Part shown: positions 1 through 9,762 of the stretch, one piece after another
Layout of the letters: each line of letters opens with the position of its first letter
Numbering within the stretch: the first letter of the stretch is position 1
NCBI GenBank assembly: GCA_963811095.1
Contig: CAWEQA010000018.1
Span: forward strand, 581,456 to 645,455
Direction of reading: 5' to 3'
From: an uncultured Acidobacteriaceae bacterium
GTDB taxonomy: Bacteria; Acidobacteriota; Terriglobia; Terriglobales; Acidobacteriaceae
DNA: 64,000 bases
Position numbers and translations under genes: made by a program
The notes under the pieces: generated by a model
Told to the model about the DNA's origin: nothing
What the model saw: only the letters and a program-made list of their open reading frames with translations
The model's database searches: none

Positions 1-2
1 TC

Positions 3-470
3 ACGATGCACAAAGGAATCACCGAGGCGGCCATGATGAAGGCCGCAGCGGATTTCATGACGCACGCGTTCCCCGGGAAGATCTTTGCCGAGATGCAAGA
101 ACTAGTGAGCCGCCTGCATGAAAGTGGCTGCGAAATCTGGGCGGTGTCGTCCTCGAACGAGTGGGTGATTCGCACGGGCATGAAGGCGTTCGGAATAACC
201 GAAGAGCGTATCCTCGCGACGACAGTCGAGCTTGAAAACGGCGTGATCACCGACCGACTGGTGCGGATCCCGTCCGGCGCCGGCAAACCGAAGGCGCTGC
301 GCGAAGTCGTGAAGAAGGGGATCGACGCCGCTTTTGGCAACTCCCGCTGGGACGCCGATATGCTGGCCATCGCCAAGTACGGCTTCGCCGTCAACCCCAA
401 TCCCGATCTCGAAACGGCAGCCCGCCAGCGTGGTTGGACCATCTACTTCCCAGACGGAACCCGCAGGTAA
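3..470 (+). CDS. HAD-superfamily hydrolase (subfamily IB, phosphoserine-phosphatase-like), 5' end cut by window edge
   Basis: The frame of ORF 6..470 is open back to base 3. WAVSSSNEW, GKPKAL and GNSRWDADML look like HAD motifs II-IV. Motif I would lie upstream of the window. Confidence 0.7.
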   Translation, partial: TMHKGITEAAMMKAAADFMTHAFPGKIFAEMQELVSRLHESGCEIWAVSSSNEWVIRTGMKAFGITEERILATTVELENGVITDRLVRIPSGAGKPKALREVVKKGIDAAFGNSRWDADMLAIAKYGFAVNPNPDLETAARQRGWTIYFPDGTRR

Positions 471-476
471 ACTCCA

Positions 477-923
477 TCAAGCAATCCCCAACACTTCGTT
501 GAAGAAGCCCACCAGGTACTTCCACACCAGATAGTACGCAATCAGAGCGCACGAGAACCCGACGGCCAGAAAAGCATAGGGCACGACAAGTTGCTGGAAC
601 CAGACCAAGCCGCCGGAACTCGCCGAGAGAAATCCTGAGCAGGTGGCCAAGGCGAATCCAGTGGGCGCCAGAATAAACGGCAAGATTGCCCCGTGAAGCC
701 CAATCGGCAGATGACGGTGGGGGCGCAGCCACAAGTAGAAAATGTTCCAGACTCCAAAAATATTGGGCACCAACGCCATCGGGAATACAATGGCACGCTC
801 GATAGGAATGGGAATCTGGAATGTATAGCGAGCAATCAGGAAACCACTAAGCACCACCAGCAGCATCATGGTGGGCACGGCACTCCCGGCCATATAGGCG
901 CGGAGATAAGGATGTGTGTTCAT
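477..923 (-). CDS. integral membrane protein of unknown function, last gene of the ECF sigma operon
   Basis: ORF 477..1070. I prefer the internal ATG at 923 (MNTHPYLRAYMAGS...) because the residues upstream of it overlap the anti-sigma ORF. About four hydrophobic helices. Confidence 0.55.
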   Translation of the reverse strand: MNTHPYLRAYMAGSAVPTMMLLVVLSGFLIARYTFQIPIPIERAIVFPMALVPNIFGVWNIFYLWLRPHRHLPIGLHGAILPFILAPTGFALATCSGFLSASSGGLVWFQQLVVPYAFLAVGFSCALIAYYLVWKYLVGFFNEVLGIA

Positions 924-937
924 AGCGACCTCCAGAA

Positions 938-1201
938 TTAAAAGTGATACAACCAGATCGGGATCGACTTCGGAAACGCGCAGATCCCAATGACCAGCGC
1001 AGCCAGCAAAGCCCAGTCGAACCATGGCACCGAGGAAAGTGCGGCCGGCGAGAACAAGACGGCTATCCATGGGCGATGGCGGGCGCCCTCATTCACGCGC
1101 CGAAGCATGTTGGGCCACAGGTCTCGATTCAGTTCCCGGCTCATCGGGGCTAACGACTGCTTCAAGTGGTTGGCAAACTTCTCTTGTTCTTGTTCATTCA
1201 T
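938..1201 (-). CDS. putative membrane-anchored anti-sigma factor
   Basis: 87-aa ORF that overlaps the sigma gene end by 8 nt (1194..1201). It has a polar N-terminus and one hydrophobic helix (WALLAALVIGICAF). It occupies the classical anti-sigma position. No zf-HC2 motif seen. Confidence 0.45.
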   Translation of the reverse strand: MNEQEQEKFANHLKQSLAPMSRELNRDLWPNMLRRVNEGARHRPWIAVLFSPAALSSVPWFDWALLAALVIGICAFPKSIPIWLYHF

Positions 1202-1763
1202 AAGCTGTATCCAAGTTTCCTAGTTTCTTGCGCAGCAGGCGCACCGCCCGAAAGAGCCGCGACTTCACTGCGGCGGTCGAAATGTTGAGCGCCGCAGCAA
1301 TTTCACGGTGGGGACACTCTTCAATCAGCGCCAATGTAGCGACCACGCGCAGTCTGGCAGGCAACTGCTGGAAGGCCAACTGCGTGCGTTCGCGCAGTTC
1401 CCGCTGGATCGCCGGATTCCCAGAATTACCAGGGCGCAGGTCCGGCGTGGACTCGACCACCGGCCCCCCGGCCCATGCCCCTTCCCGCGATTGGCCCGTC
1501 TTTAGATAGTCGATAGCCACATTCGTGGCGATTCGGCGGGCCCAGGCTCCGAAACTGCGCTGCGGGTCGAAGCGCGCATGCCCGCGGAAAATCCGCCAGA
1601 ATGTCTCGACCGTCAGGTCCTCCGCCGCTGCCGGATCGCGAACAATCCGCACGATCCAGCCAAAGACTTCCCCCTGGAACTGCCGAAACAACATCTCGAA
1701 GGCCTCGAGTTCGCCCGCGGCGAACTGCGCCAACACCGTCGGATGCCCTTCCAGTAATTCCAT
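1194..1763 (-). CDS. ECF-type sigma-70 family RNA polymerase sigma factor
   Basis: Region 2-like DPAAAEDLTVETFWRIF and region 4 HTH PHREIAAALNISTAAVKSRLFRAVRLLRKKL. The RBS aggaaagg precedes the ATG. Confidence 0.9.
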   Translation of the reverse strand: MELLEGHPTVLAQFAAGELEAFEMLFRQFQGEVFGWIVRIVRDPAAAEDLTVETFWRIFRGHARFDPQRSFGAWARRIATNVAIDYLKTGQSREGAWAGGPVVESTPDLRPGNSGNPAIQRELRERTQLAFQQLPARLRVVATLALIEECPHREIAAALNISTAAVKSRLFRAVRLLRKKLGNLDTAYE

Positions 1764-1885
1764 TTTCCTTTCCTATATACGCTTACCGGGGAACTGTGGC
1801 GATGGTTTCATCTTTCTTTGGGAGAATGTCATTCTCGACTGTCACCGAACACCCACCGGTCAGGGCCATTTACAATTTGAGCGGT

Positions 1886-2245
1886 ATGTACTCGGCACAA
1901 CTGCTCGATCACTTCCAGAACCCACGGAACGCGGGCGAGGTGGCGAACGCTGACGCCATCGCGGAGATCGAAAACCCAGCGTGCGGAGACGTGCTTCGGT
2001 TCAGCTTGAAAATGAAGTCTGGACGTATCGCGGAGATTCGATTCAAGGCCAAGGGATGCGTGCCATCGATGGCATGTGCGTCGGCCTTGACGGAACTGGT
2101 GACGGGGCAGACTCTGGACGATGGTCGATCCCTGCGCCGAGCAACCTTGATCGCCGCGGTGGGAGGCCTGCCGCAGGCATCGACCCACGCCGCACAACTG
2201 GCTTTGGATGCGCTTGCGGCAGCGCTGCGCCAAGTCGAACCCTAG
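1886..2245 (+). CDS. IscU/NifU-N-terminal-like Fe-S scaffold protein
   Basis: MYSAQLLDHFQNPRNAG..., with Cys contexts NPACGD and AKGCVPS. The third canonical Cys position reads STHAAQ. Start taken at ATG 1886 inside ORF 1601..2245, because earlier starts read through the divergent promoter region and into the sigma gene. Confidence 0.75.
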   Translation: MYSAQLLDHFQNPRNAGEVANADAIAEIENPACGDVLRFSLKMKSGRIAEIRFKAKGCVPSMACASALTELVTGQTLDDGRSLRRATLIAAVGGLPQASTHAAQLALDALAAALRQVEP

Positions 2246-2253
2246 AATCGACC

Positions 2254-3081
2254 ATGCCTGGATCACACCATCCCCGCCGCATCGCGTGCCTGCAGCCGAG
2301 CGCAACCGTGATTCTCGATGCTATTGGCGAACTTGGCCGCGTGGTGGCTTGCACACGGTATTGCGCCGATGTAGTCCCGGAAGTTGCCGACGGTTCGCGA
2401 TTAATTCTTGCCGACTCGTGGACGGCCGATACAAACCAGATCGTGGCGGCACGGCCCGATCTCGTGATTGCCGCGGTTCCTTATCAGGAGAAGGCGGTTA
2501 GCGAAATCCTCAAGGCAGGCGCGCGGTTTCTTGGCCTGGCTCCGAAGACCCTGGCGGACATCTATACCGACATCGCAATCATTGCTGGCGCAGTGGGCGC
2601 GACGGATCGGGGAGAAGCAGTCATCACAGCCATGCAGCGCCGGATCGGCGAGGTTCACGCTCGAACCGCTACCGGCGATCGGCCGAGAGTGTGGTGCGAA
2701 GAATGGGGCAAGCCGGTCATCGCTTCCCAGCAGTGGGTCGCGGAACTGGCCGAGGCTGCTGGTGGCAAGTTCCTGGGCACACCGGGCCGGCAGGCCTCCG
2801 CTGAGGAAATTCGACGGCTTGATCCAGAGGTGATGATCGCGGCATGGTGCGGAGCGGGAGATCGAGTCCCTCTGGACAAAATCGTGGCGAACCGCGGCTG
2901 GCAGCAGACCTCGGCAGCGCTTGCTGGCCGCGTGTTCTGCATTCGGGACGAATTCCTGAACACTCCCGCGCCTACACTGCTGCGGGGTTTGGAGGCGCTG
3001 TCTTTCGCGATCCATCCCGAATTATTCCCTGACACCGCAGGAGTCCGGCGAGATTACTGCGGTTCCCGGTTGCGGGCCTGA
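2254..3081 (+). CDS. periplasmic-binding-protein-fold (BtuF / Fe-siderophore-binding type) protein without an evident signal peptide
   Basis: Internal ATG 2254 of ORF 1981..3081 (MPGSHHPRRIACLQPSATVILDAIG...). PDLVIAA, DIYTDIAIIAGAVG and EVMIAAWCG are typical of class III binding proteins. Confidence 0.7.
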   Translation: MPGSHHPRRIACLQPSATVILDAIGELGRVVACTRYCADVVPEVADGSRLILADSWTADTNQIVAARPDLVIAAVPYQEKAVSEILKAGARFLGLAPKTLADIYTDIAIIAGAVGATDRGEAVITAMQRRIGEVHARTATGDRPRVWCEEWGKPVIASQQWVAELAEAAGGKFLGTPGRQASAEEIRRLDPEVMIAAWCGAGDRVPLDKIVANRGWQQTSAALAGRVFCIRDEFLNTPAPTLLRGLEALSFAIHPELFPDTAGVRRDYCGSRLRA

Positions 3082-3111
3082 AAATTTGCGCTGTGAGTTA
3101 AGATCTCAGGT

Positions 3112-3597
3112 ATGCACGTAGCCCGCAGAATCGAGGAAATCCGAGTCGAGCTCCTTGAGTTAGCTCAGGCAGCCCCCACGGCGCAGGAACTGATGCGGTC
3201 GATGGTGAAACTGCTGCACGAGCGGATGCTGAAATATAACTGGGTAGGCTTCTACATGCTGGAACCGGGTGCGCAGCCGCCCATGCTGGTGCTGGGCGCG
3301 TTCGAGGGTGCCATGACCCCGCACACGCGTATTCCGCTCAACCAGGGCATTTGTGGGGCGGCGGCATCGAGCGGTCAGACCGTGGTCGTCGATGATGTGA
3401 ACAGCGATCCACGCTACCTCGCGTGTTCGCTTGAGACCAAGTCGGAAATCGTCGTGCCTGTATTTGTGCGTGGTAAAGTCGTGGGCGAGTTGGATATTGA
3501 CAGCCACTTCGCTGCCGCGTTCACGCCCGAACATCAGGATCTCGTGCAGCACTGCGCCATGCTCGTCGGAAAGAAACTGGAAGCCTCAAGTCAATAA
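3112..3597 (+). CDS. GAF-domain protein, free methionine-(R)-sulfoxide reductase-like
   Basis: 161 aa. GICGAAASSGQTVVVDDVNSDPRYLACS...EIVVPVF..GKVVGELDIDS matches my memory of the fRMsr/YebR family. Confidence 0.7.
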   Translation: MHVARRIEEIRVELLELAQAAPTAQELMRSMVKLLHERMLKYNWVGFYMLEPGAQPPMLVLGAFEGAMTPHTRIPLNQGICGAAASSGQTVVVDDVNSDPRYLACSLETKSEIVVPVFVRGKVVGELDIDSHFAAAFTPEHQDLVQHCAMLVGKKLEASSQ

Positions 3598-3620
3598 GAG
3601 ACATTGATGAAAGCAAGGAA

Positions 3621-4673
3621 ATGAGAGTCGAGAAGGGCAAAGTGCGCGCGCCGGAGATCGGGCGGGTCTGGCTGAATTCGACTCCGCTGAGCTTCCGGCA
3701 GCTGCGCGGACGCGTCGTGCTGGTCGATTTCTGGGATTACACCTGCATCAACTGCATTCGCACGCTGCCTTACGTGCAAGCCTGGCACGAACGTTACAAG
3801 GACAAGGGCTTGACCGTGATCGGAGTGCACACTCCGGAGTTTACTTTCGCGCAGTACGAGTCGAATGTGGAACGAGGTATCCGGGAGTTCGGGCTCACCT
3901 ACCCGATCGTCATCGACAGCAATCGTGACCTCTGGAAGGCGTTCGCGAATCGCTACTGGCCGACCAAGTATCTGCTCGACAAAGATGGGTACCTGCGCTT
4001 CGGCCATTTCGGGGAAGGCGGATACGAGGAGTGCGAGCAAGTGATTCAGGAACTGCTGCGAGAGATTGATCCAAATGTGGCACTGCCCCCATTGATGGAG
4101 CCCGTGCGCGAAGCAGATCACGTAGGCGCGGTTTGTTATCGGGCGTCGGGCGAACTCTATTTGGGAAACCGGCGTGGGCGGATCGGCAACGAAGGTGGGT
4201 TCAAGGAAGATCAGATTGCCGACTATGTTTTCGCGGGAAAAGTGGAAGAAAACTTTTTCTATGCGAATGGGCGGTGGGCGTCAACCGCCGAATACTTCGA
4301 GGCGGTCGAAGCTGGGCCGCACAGTTTGCGATTGAAATACGACGCGTCCGCCGTAAACTTGGTCATGGCTTCTCCCCACGCGACCACCGCCGAGGTAGTC
4401 ATTCTGCAAGACGGCAAGCCGCTAACCCGCAAGCAAGCGACGCGAGACATTCGCTTCCGACCGGGCGCCAGCGGGGAGGAAAGCTACATCGTCGTCAACT
4501 CGGCTCGCATGTTTTCCCTGCTCGACAACCACGAATTCGGTGAGCACGAACTGGAACTGCGATGCTCCCCGGGCGTTGCGGCCTTTGCCTTCACCTTCAC
4601 CAGTTGTGTCGATCCTGTGGCCAGCGCGCTGCAAGCCTCCAGCGTGCCCGAGCCTGATGTGTCTAACACATGA
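3621..4673 (+). CDS. thioredoxin-fold (redoxin / DipZ C-terminal type) protein with C-terminal beta-rich extension
   Basis: VVLVDFWDYTCINCIRTLPY (CxxC), TVIGVHTPEF, YWPTKYLLDKDG. Confidence 0.75.
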   Translation: MRVEKGKVRAPEIGRVWLNSTPLSFRQLRGRVVLVDFWDYTCINCIRTLPYVQAWHERYKDKGLTVIGVHTPEFTFAQYESNVERGIREFGLTYPIVIDSNRDLWKAFANRYWPTKYLLDKDGYLRFGHFGEGGYEECEQVIQELLREIDPNVALPPLMEPVREADHVGAVCYRASGELYLGNRRGRIGNEGGFKEDQIADYVFAGKVEENFFYANGRWASTAEYFEAVEAGPHSLRLKYDASAVNLVMASPHATTAEVVILQDGKPLTRKQATRDIRFRPGASGEESYIVVNSARMFSLLDNHEFGEHELELRCSPGVAAFAFTFTSCVDPVASALQASSVPEPDVSNT

Positions 4674-5062
4674 AGCGCGTGGTCGCAGGCCTCATCGTAA
4701 AAGACAGCAAGTTGCTGGTGTGCCAGCGCACGCGCCATCAAACCATGCCGCTGAAATGGGAGTTCCCCGGGGGAAAGATCGAAGAGGGCGAACAGCCTCG
4801 TGACGCCCTGCGCCGGGAACTGGAAGAAGAACTCGGAATCCTGGCGACCATTGGAGACGAAGTCCGGCGGATTCGCCACGAGTATCCGAATGGCGGGATG
4901 GTCGAACTCCGCTTCTTTATCGTGCGCGAGTTCGAGAGAGAACTCGAGAACCGCATTTTTCGCGACATGCAGTGGGCGGAGCCCAAGGACTTGCCGAAGT
5001 ACGATTTTCTGGAAGCGGACTTGACGCTGGTCAACGAACTCGCCGCCGGCAAACTTCTGTGA
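4670..5062 (+). CDS. NUDIX hydrolase (MutT / (d)CTP pyrophosphohydrolase-like)
   Basis: NUDIX box GGKIEEGEQPRDALRRELEEELG. 4-nt ATGA overlap with the upstream gene. Confidence 0.85.
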   Translation: MKRVVAGLIVKDSKLLVCQRTRHQTMPLKWEFPGGKIEEGEQPRDALRRELEEELGILATIGDEVRRIRHEYPNGGMVELRFFIVREFERELENRIFRDMQWAEPKDLPKYDFLEADLTLVNELAAGKLL

Positions 5063-5066
5063 CGGT

Positions 5067-6326
5067 CTAACCTTTCAGTGAAGCGAGTGCCCACACCACG
5101 GATAGTCCGATTACCAGAACCGTCGTCACCCATGCCACGACATTGAACAGTCGAGTGTTGACATACTCTCCCATCAATTCTTTCTTATTGATGAGCAGAA
5201 GCATGAAAACCAGGACAAAGGGGAGTACCACGCCGTTCAGCACCTGGGACCACACGGCGATTTTTATCAGCCGCTGCTCCGGAATCAAGATCTCGAGGAC
5301 CCCGCCCGCTACGATTAAGAGCGTATAGAGCCAATAGAATACCGGTGCCTCGTTGAACTTCCTGCCGACCCCAGATTCGAATCCGAGTCCCTCGCAGACC
5401 GTATACGCGGTAGAAAGTGGCAGAATCGACGCTGCGAAAAGCGATGCATTAAACAATCCGACGGCAAACAGGATGTAGGTGTAATCCCCAGCTAAGGGAC
5501 GAAGTGCTTGAGCCGCATCCGCCGCGGTTTTGATGTCGCGGTACCCGTGGAGCCAGAGCGTGGCAGCGCAGGCGACAATAATGAACCAGGCCACAATGTC
5601 AGTAAAAACGCATCCTGTGACCACGTCCAGGCGCGACGCCTTGTAACCCCGTTTGGTCACGCCCTTTTCGACGATCGAGGACTGAAGATAGAACTGCATC
5701 CAGGGCGCGATGGTCGTACCCACCAGCCCGATCACCATAAACAAGTACGCCTGGTCGCGAAACGCACTGGGGGCAGGAGGTTTGAAGGTTGCGATGGTCG
5801 CATCCTTCCACAACGGATGGGCGAAGACTCCGGCGAAAATGTAAGTCACATAGAAAAACGAGGCGGCCAGGAAGACTTTCTCCACGCTCTTGTACTGTCC
5901 TTTGACGACGATCAACCAGACGATCACGGCGCACACGGGCACGGTGATATATCGCGATAACCCGAACAGTCCGAGACTGCTGGCAATGCCGATGAACTCC
6001 GTCACCACATTGCCAAAGTTGATGATCAGAATGCCGATCATCATGAAAAAGGTGATGCGCAGCCCGAATTCCTCGCGGATGAGGTCGCTCAGTCCCTTGC
6101 CGGTGACGGCGCCCATGCGGGCGCTCATCTCCTGCACCACGATCAGGGCGAGCGTGATCGGGATCATGGTCCAGAGGAGAAGATGTCCGAATTGCGCGCC
6201 GGCCTGCGAGTAGGTAAAGATGCCGCCGGCGTCGTTATCGACGTTGGCGGTGATGAAGCCCGGCCCGACGACGGCGAGGAACAACAGGATCCGGGTTTTC
6301 GAACGTTTCAAGAACTTCATGCGCAC
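5067..6326 (-). CDS. mntH: NRAMP-family divalent metal (Mn2+/Fe2+):proton symporter
   Basis: 419 aa, polytopic. GPGFITANVDNDAGGI and EMSARMGAVTGKGL are NRAMP signatures. Start is GTG 6326 or ATG 6320. Confidence 0.9.
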   Translation of the reverse strand: MRMKFLKRSKTRILLFLAVVGPGFITANVDNDAGGIFTYSQAGAQFGHLLLWTMIPITLALIVVQEMSARMGAVTGKGLSDLIREEFGLRITFFMMIGILIINFGNVVTEFIGIASSLGLFGLSRYITVPVCAVIVWLIVVKGQYKSVEKVFLAASFFYVTYIFAGVFAHPLWKDATIATFKPPAPSAFRDQAYLFMVIGLVGTTIAPWMQFYLQSSIVEKGVTKRGYKASRLDVVTGCVFTDIVAWFIIVACAATLWLHGYRDIKTAADAAQALRPLAGDYTYILFAVGLFNASLFAASILPLSTAYTVCEGLGFESGVGRKFNEAPVFYWLYTLLIVAGGVLEILIPEQRLIKIAVWSQVLNGVVLPFVLVFMLLLINKKELMGEYVNTRLFNVVAWVTTVLVIGLSVVWALASLKG

Positions 6327-6542
6327 TTTTCGCTGACATAGGGATGAAGCGGATTCTAAGCCACGAACGACGCCACAGGATAAATGTATGCAGCGAATCT
6401 AACCAAACGAAAAGTGCACCGCTGGTGGATTTAGGGATGGCAGAGTTGGTGCGGGTTATGGCTCTCGGGCTTCCGGTCTTAGGTGTCAGGCCTCAGGTAT
6501 TAGGCGCCGGGCCGGACCGGCGTCTTCACACACTCCGCCAGG

Positions 6543-8347
6543 CTATTCCCCGGCCGGTGCACCGCGATGAGCGGCGAGGTAAGAGCGCGCATGGGCGAGT
6601 TGTGGAAGATCGGGATCGGCGGACTTCCATGCCGCCAAAAAGTCTGCGTACTCCTCCGTGGCCGATTTGATGTCGCCAGCTTTCTCGCTGGCTATCGCAA
6701 TGCCGTACAGCGGAAAGCCAGAGCGTGGCCGCTCGACGAGAGCATCGTTGTAAGCTGCTTTTGCGCTCGGTCCAGTCCGACGCAGCCAGGAATGCCGCCG
6801 CGTCTGTTTCCCCAACGGGCCGTATGTAGGCGGGAGGCTCGCGGTATCCCAGAGCTTTTTCTTCCCGCGCCGCCTGGGCGTAGAGCTTCTTTGCTTCGTC
6901 GTTGAGCTTCTTCGCCATCAGCAGCCCGGCGCGCAGTTCGAGAGACATGATGGACAAGTTATTCACCAGCGGGTCCGGCAGAGCGTCCGGCATAACCTGG
7001 AGTTTGGGAGGAGCGGCGTCCGCAGTCTTCTTATCCTTGTCTTTTTTGGCCTTCGACTCGGCTTCATCTTTCAGGCGATTCGAAATTCGCCAGAGCTCAG
7101 CGTCGAACTGTGCCGACGCCTATTCCGCCTGAGACAAGTTGTGCTGCTCGAGTGCCTGCATGCCAAGCGCGAACTGGGTTAGCTCGCGCGCGAGAAACTG
7201 GAGATTGGGAAGCGCCGCTGGTGGATTGCTGGACTTCAGTAGCGCCAGGACCGTGGTCCAATCTGCAGACCGCAGCGCAACCGGAAGTCTAGGATCGATG
7301 CGCGATATCGCATCGCGCGGCGACCACGGATACAGTGTGTTTTCCAGCTCACCGCGCGCGTCCTTCAGCTTGGCTGACATCGCGGTGGCCTCGTTGAATT
7401 CGCCAGCCTCCAGAAGATTCGCGATGGCGTACATCAGGTTGTGCACATAGTTCCAGTCGTCGTCCACTTGCACGTGCTGCGTCTGCATGTACTGCTCATC
7501 GGCTTTCATGGAAGCCGCAAACGACTTCTTCGCGCTGGCGTAGTCGCCGGTTCGATAGAAGATGTGGCCGGGCATGTGGACCATGTGTCCCGAGGTAGGC
7601 GCGAGGCTGCCGAGGATCTCGGCGCTGTGCAGGGCCTGCTCAGGGTGAGGACTGGCCTCGACAGCGTGAATCCAATAGTGATTCGCTGCGGAGTTGTCGG
7701 GATCTTCTTTCAGGACGGTTTGCAGAATCGCCAAGGCCTCTTTTTGGCCGGCGCGCGGTTGACCGTTGTCTTCGTAGCCGTCCCTGAGCGAGTCCGCAAG
7801 AAAGATTCTTGCCTGCAAGTCCTTGGGATTGCTCTTGACGAGCTTGCGGTAGATCTGAACCGCCTGCGATTCCTGCTTGCTCTTTTCCCTCTCTTCGGAC
7901 TTCTCGGCCGCTTCGGCTGTGCTGGCCTCAATGTACAGGCGCTCCGCCTTGCTGGCGCGGCCTTTGAGGCTGATGGCTTTCGCCAACGCCTGGTTCGCGT
8001 AATACTTGGCGTTGCTGTGGGCAAAGTCTCCGCGTGGTAGATGCCCCAATAGCACATCGCGCACTGCGGATCGACGCGCACACTCTGTTCGAAGGCGCGC
8101 AAGGATTCGTAGTCCCAGAAGTCGTGCAGTAGATTCAGGCCCTGATCAAACCACATCTGCGCTTCGGGCGTGGCGGTGATGCGGATGTGGGCGTTTCCAA
8201 TGCCGGCTAGTTTCTGGGGAGGAGGCAGCTTTTCGGGAGCGACGGCTCTCGCGTGTCCATGGGGTGACAGGCCATGGCGGTCTGCGCGGACATCACCTGC
8301 GCGAAGACAAGGATCAGACAGATCGGGATCAGGCCAAGCAGCGTCAT
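6543..8347 (-). pseudogene. secreted TPR-repeat protein, reading frame broken by three frameshifts and one in-frame TAG
   Basis: Four track ORFs join into one protein: 8207..8503 (signal peptide from ATG 8347), 7710..8156, 7120..8064, and 6526..6993 with 6543..6815. ORFs 7120..8064 and 6526..6993 share a frame and are separated only by the TAG at 7120..7122. Confidence 0.7.
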
Positions 8348-8378
8348 GAGGCAGCTCACTTTAAGTTTCGTTCCGCGT

Positions 8379-8456
8379 GAGATCCCTTCGCCATGCGGCT
8401 CAGGGCAGGCTCTTCGCTCCGCCTGAAAGGCGGCTACGCTCAGGATGACGTCTCGG
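8379..8456. repeat. REP-like palindromic element, GCTCAGGATGAC family (family E)
   Basis: Contains the exact 12-mer GCTCAGGATGAC (8438..8449) and the hairpin CCGCC-TGAAA-GGCGG. The same core recurs at 47278 and 48516. Confidence 0.6.
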
Positions 8457-8508
8457 TTCTGGGAGGGGTTTAGCATGTTAGGGTTGATGCGAAATGACTT
8501 CATTTTTC

Positions 8509-9762
8509 CTATAGCTTTGCCCGCAACATGCTGATCACGTCATCGGACGTGATGACGCCGGTCAATTTATTGTGCTCGTCCACGACTGGGAGGGTCTGCA
8601 GGTTGTACTTATCGAACAACTCCGCCACTTCATTTTCCTCGACGCCCTCGTGAGCAAGGACCAGCGGCTCCTGCGTCAGCGACAGCATGGGAGTCGACGT
8701 GGGTGCAAGAACCAGTCTGGCCAGCGGGACCGCGCCGACCAGGGTTCCGTGCGAGTCGACCAGGTAGATCGTGCTGACCACCTCGACTCCGCCCTCAAAT
8801 TCGCGCAGCGAATCGATGGCGTTCTGCACAGTCGCCTGCACCGGCAAGGCCAGGAACTCCGTGGTCATGCGGCCAGCGGCGGTTTCCTCGCGGTGCTCGA
8901 GCAGCTCGACGACGTCCTGCTGCGCTTCCGGCTCCATCTGGACCAGGATTTGCTCGCTGCGCTCTTCTGGCAGATCGCCCAGCAGGTCGGCAGCGGCGTC
9001 CGGATCCATCTCCTCGACGATGTCGGCGGCCCTGCCGGAATCCAGCGACTCCACGATCGCTTTCTGAACCTTGGGCTCGACCTCTTCCAGGGCTTCGGCT
9101 GCCACTCCCTCGTCCAGCGTCTGGAAGACGGCCTGCCGTTCATCGGGAGCCAGATCTTCCACGATGTCCGCGATGTCAGCGGGATGCAGCTTGGCGAGGC
9201 CGTCATACGAGATCTTCAGCTTCACCCGCCGAGCCGGATCAGTCTCGATCACATCGATGAAATTCCACGGAATGCTGCGCGGAGGGATTCTGGCGAGCAG
9301 CGCTTGCAACGCGGTCTTGGGCGCCACTCCACGGAGCAGGCGCCGGACCGCGCCGCGCGCTCCGACATCGACCGAGTGGACGCGCAGCACGGGATGCGCG
9401 GCCGCATTCTTGTCCTTGAGAGCATCGACCTGCAGATCAACATCATTCACGCGGACTACTTTGCGCCCGTTAATGTCGATCACCTGCTGGTCGAGCAAGT
9501 CTCGTTCCAGCAGAAACAGTCCTTCCGTCCCGTTCACTGCCGGCCACTCCGCCGCCGCGGTGGTCGTCCGAATGCCGCCATTGATTGCCGAGACCGCGGC
9601 GAAAGGCAGAACGCGGTTCCCTGACTTGGTTTTTACGATGAGCGACGAGATGCGGGAACGGTCCTCTTGCGGAGCGAGCGTGACTTCGCGCACTCGTCCG
9701 GACGCGCCAGACGGGTCATACACCGTGGCGCCCAGCAGTTCGCTGAGGGCAAGAGTCAACAT
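8509..9762 (-). CDS. PRC-barrel / MgtE-N / tandem-CBS domain protein lacking the MgtE membrane domain
   Basis: MgtE N-domain acidic helices (DIVEDLAPDERQAVFQTLDEGVAAEALEEVEP..., DIVEEMDPDAAADLLGDLP) are followed by two CBS motifs, then a stop. ATG 9762 is preferred over TTG 9816. Confidence 0.8.
   Translation of the reverse strand: MLTLALSELLGATVYDPSGASGRVREVTLAPQEDRSRISSLIVKTKSGNRVLPFAAVSAINGGIRTTTAAAEWPAVNGTEGLFLLERDLLDQQVIDINGRKVVRVNDVDLQVDALKDKNAAAHPVLRVHSVDVGARGAVRRLLRGVAPKTALQALLARIPPRSIPWNFIDVIETDPARRVKLKISYDGLAKLHPADIADIVEDLAPDERQAVFQTLDEGVAAEALEEVEPKVQKAIVESLDSGRAADIVEEMDPDAAADLLGDLPEERSEQILVQMEPEAQQDVVELLEHREETAAGRMTTEFLALPVQATVQNAIDSLREFEGGVEVVSTIYLVDSHGTLVGAVPLARLVLAPTSTPMLSLTQEPLVLAHEGVEENEVAELFDKYNLQTLPVVDEHNKLTGVITSDDVISMLRAKL

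Noticed and set aside
1764-1885. Autoregulated ECF promoter (GAAAC...CGT) upstream of the sigma gene.
   Set aside because: A GAAACC is present, but no CGT-type -10 element lies at the usual 16-17 nt spacing.
5374-5384. tRNA T-arm-like GATTCGAATCC.
   Set aside because: It lies inside the mntH coding frame with no acceptor or anticodon stems around it.
6327-6542. Mn2+ riboswitch (yybP-ykoY) or MntR operator upstream of mntH.
   Set aside because: No conserved riboswitch core or AT-rich palindrome was recognisable by eye.
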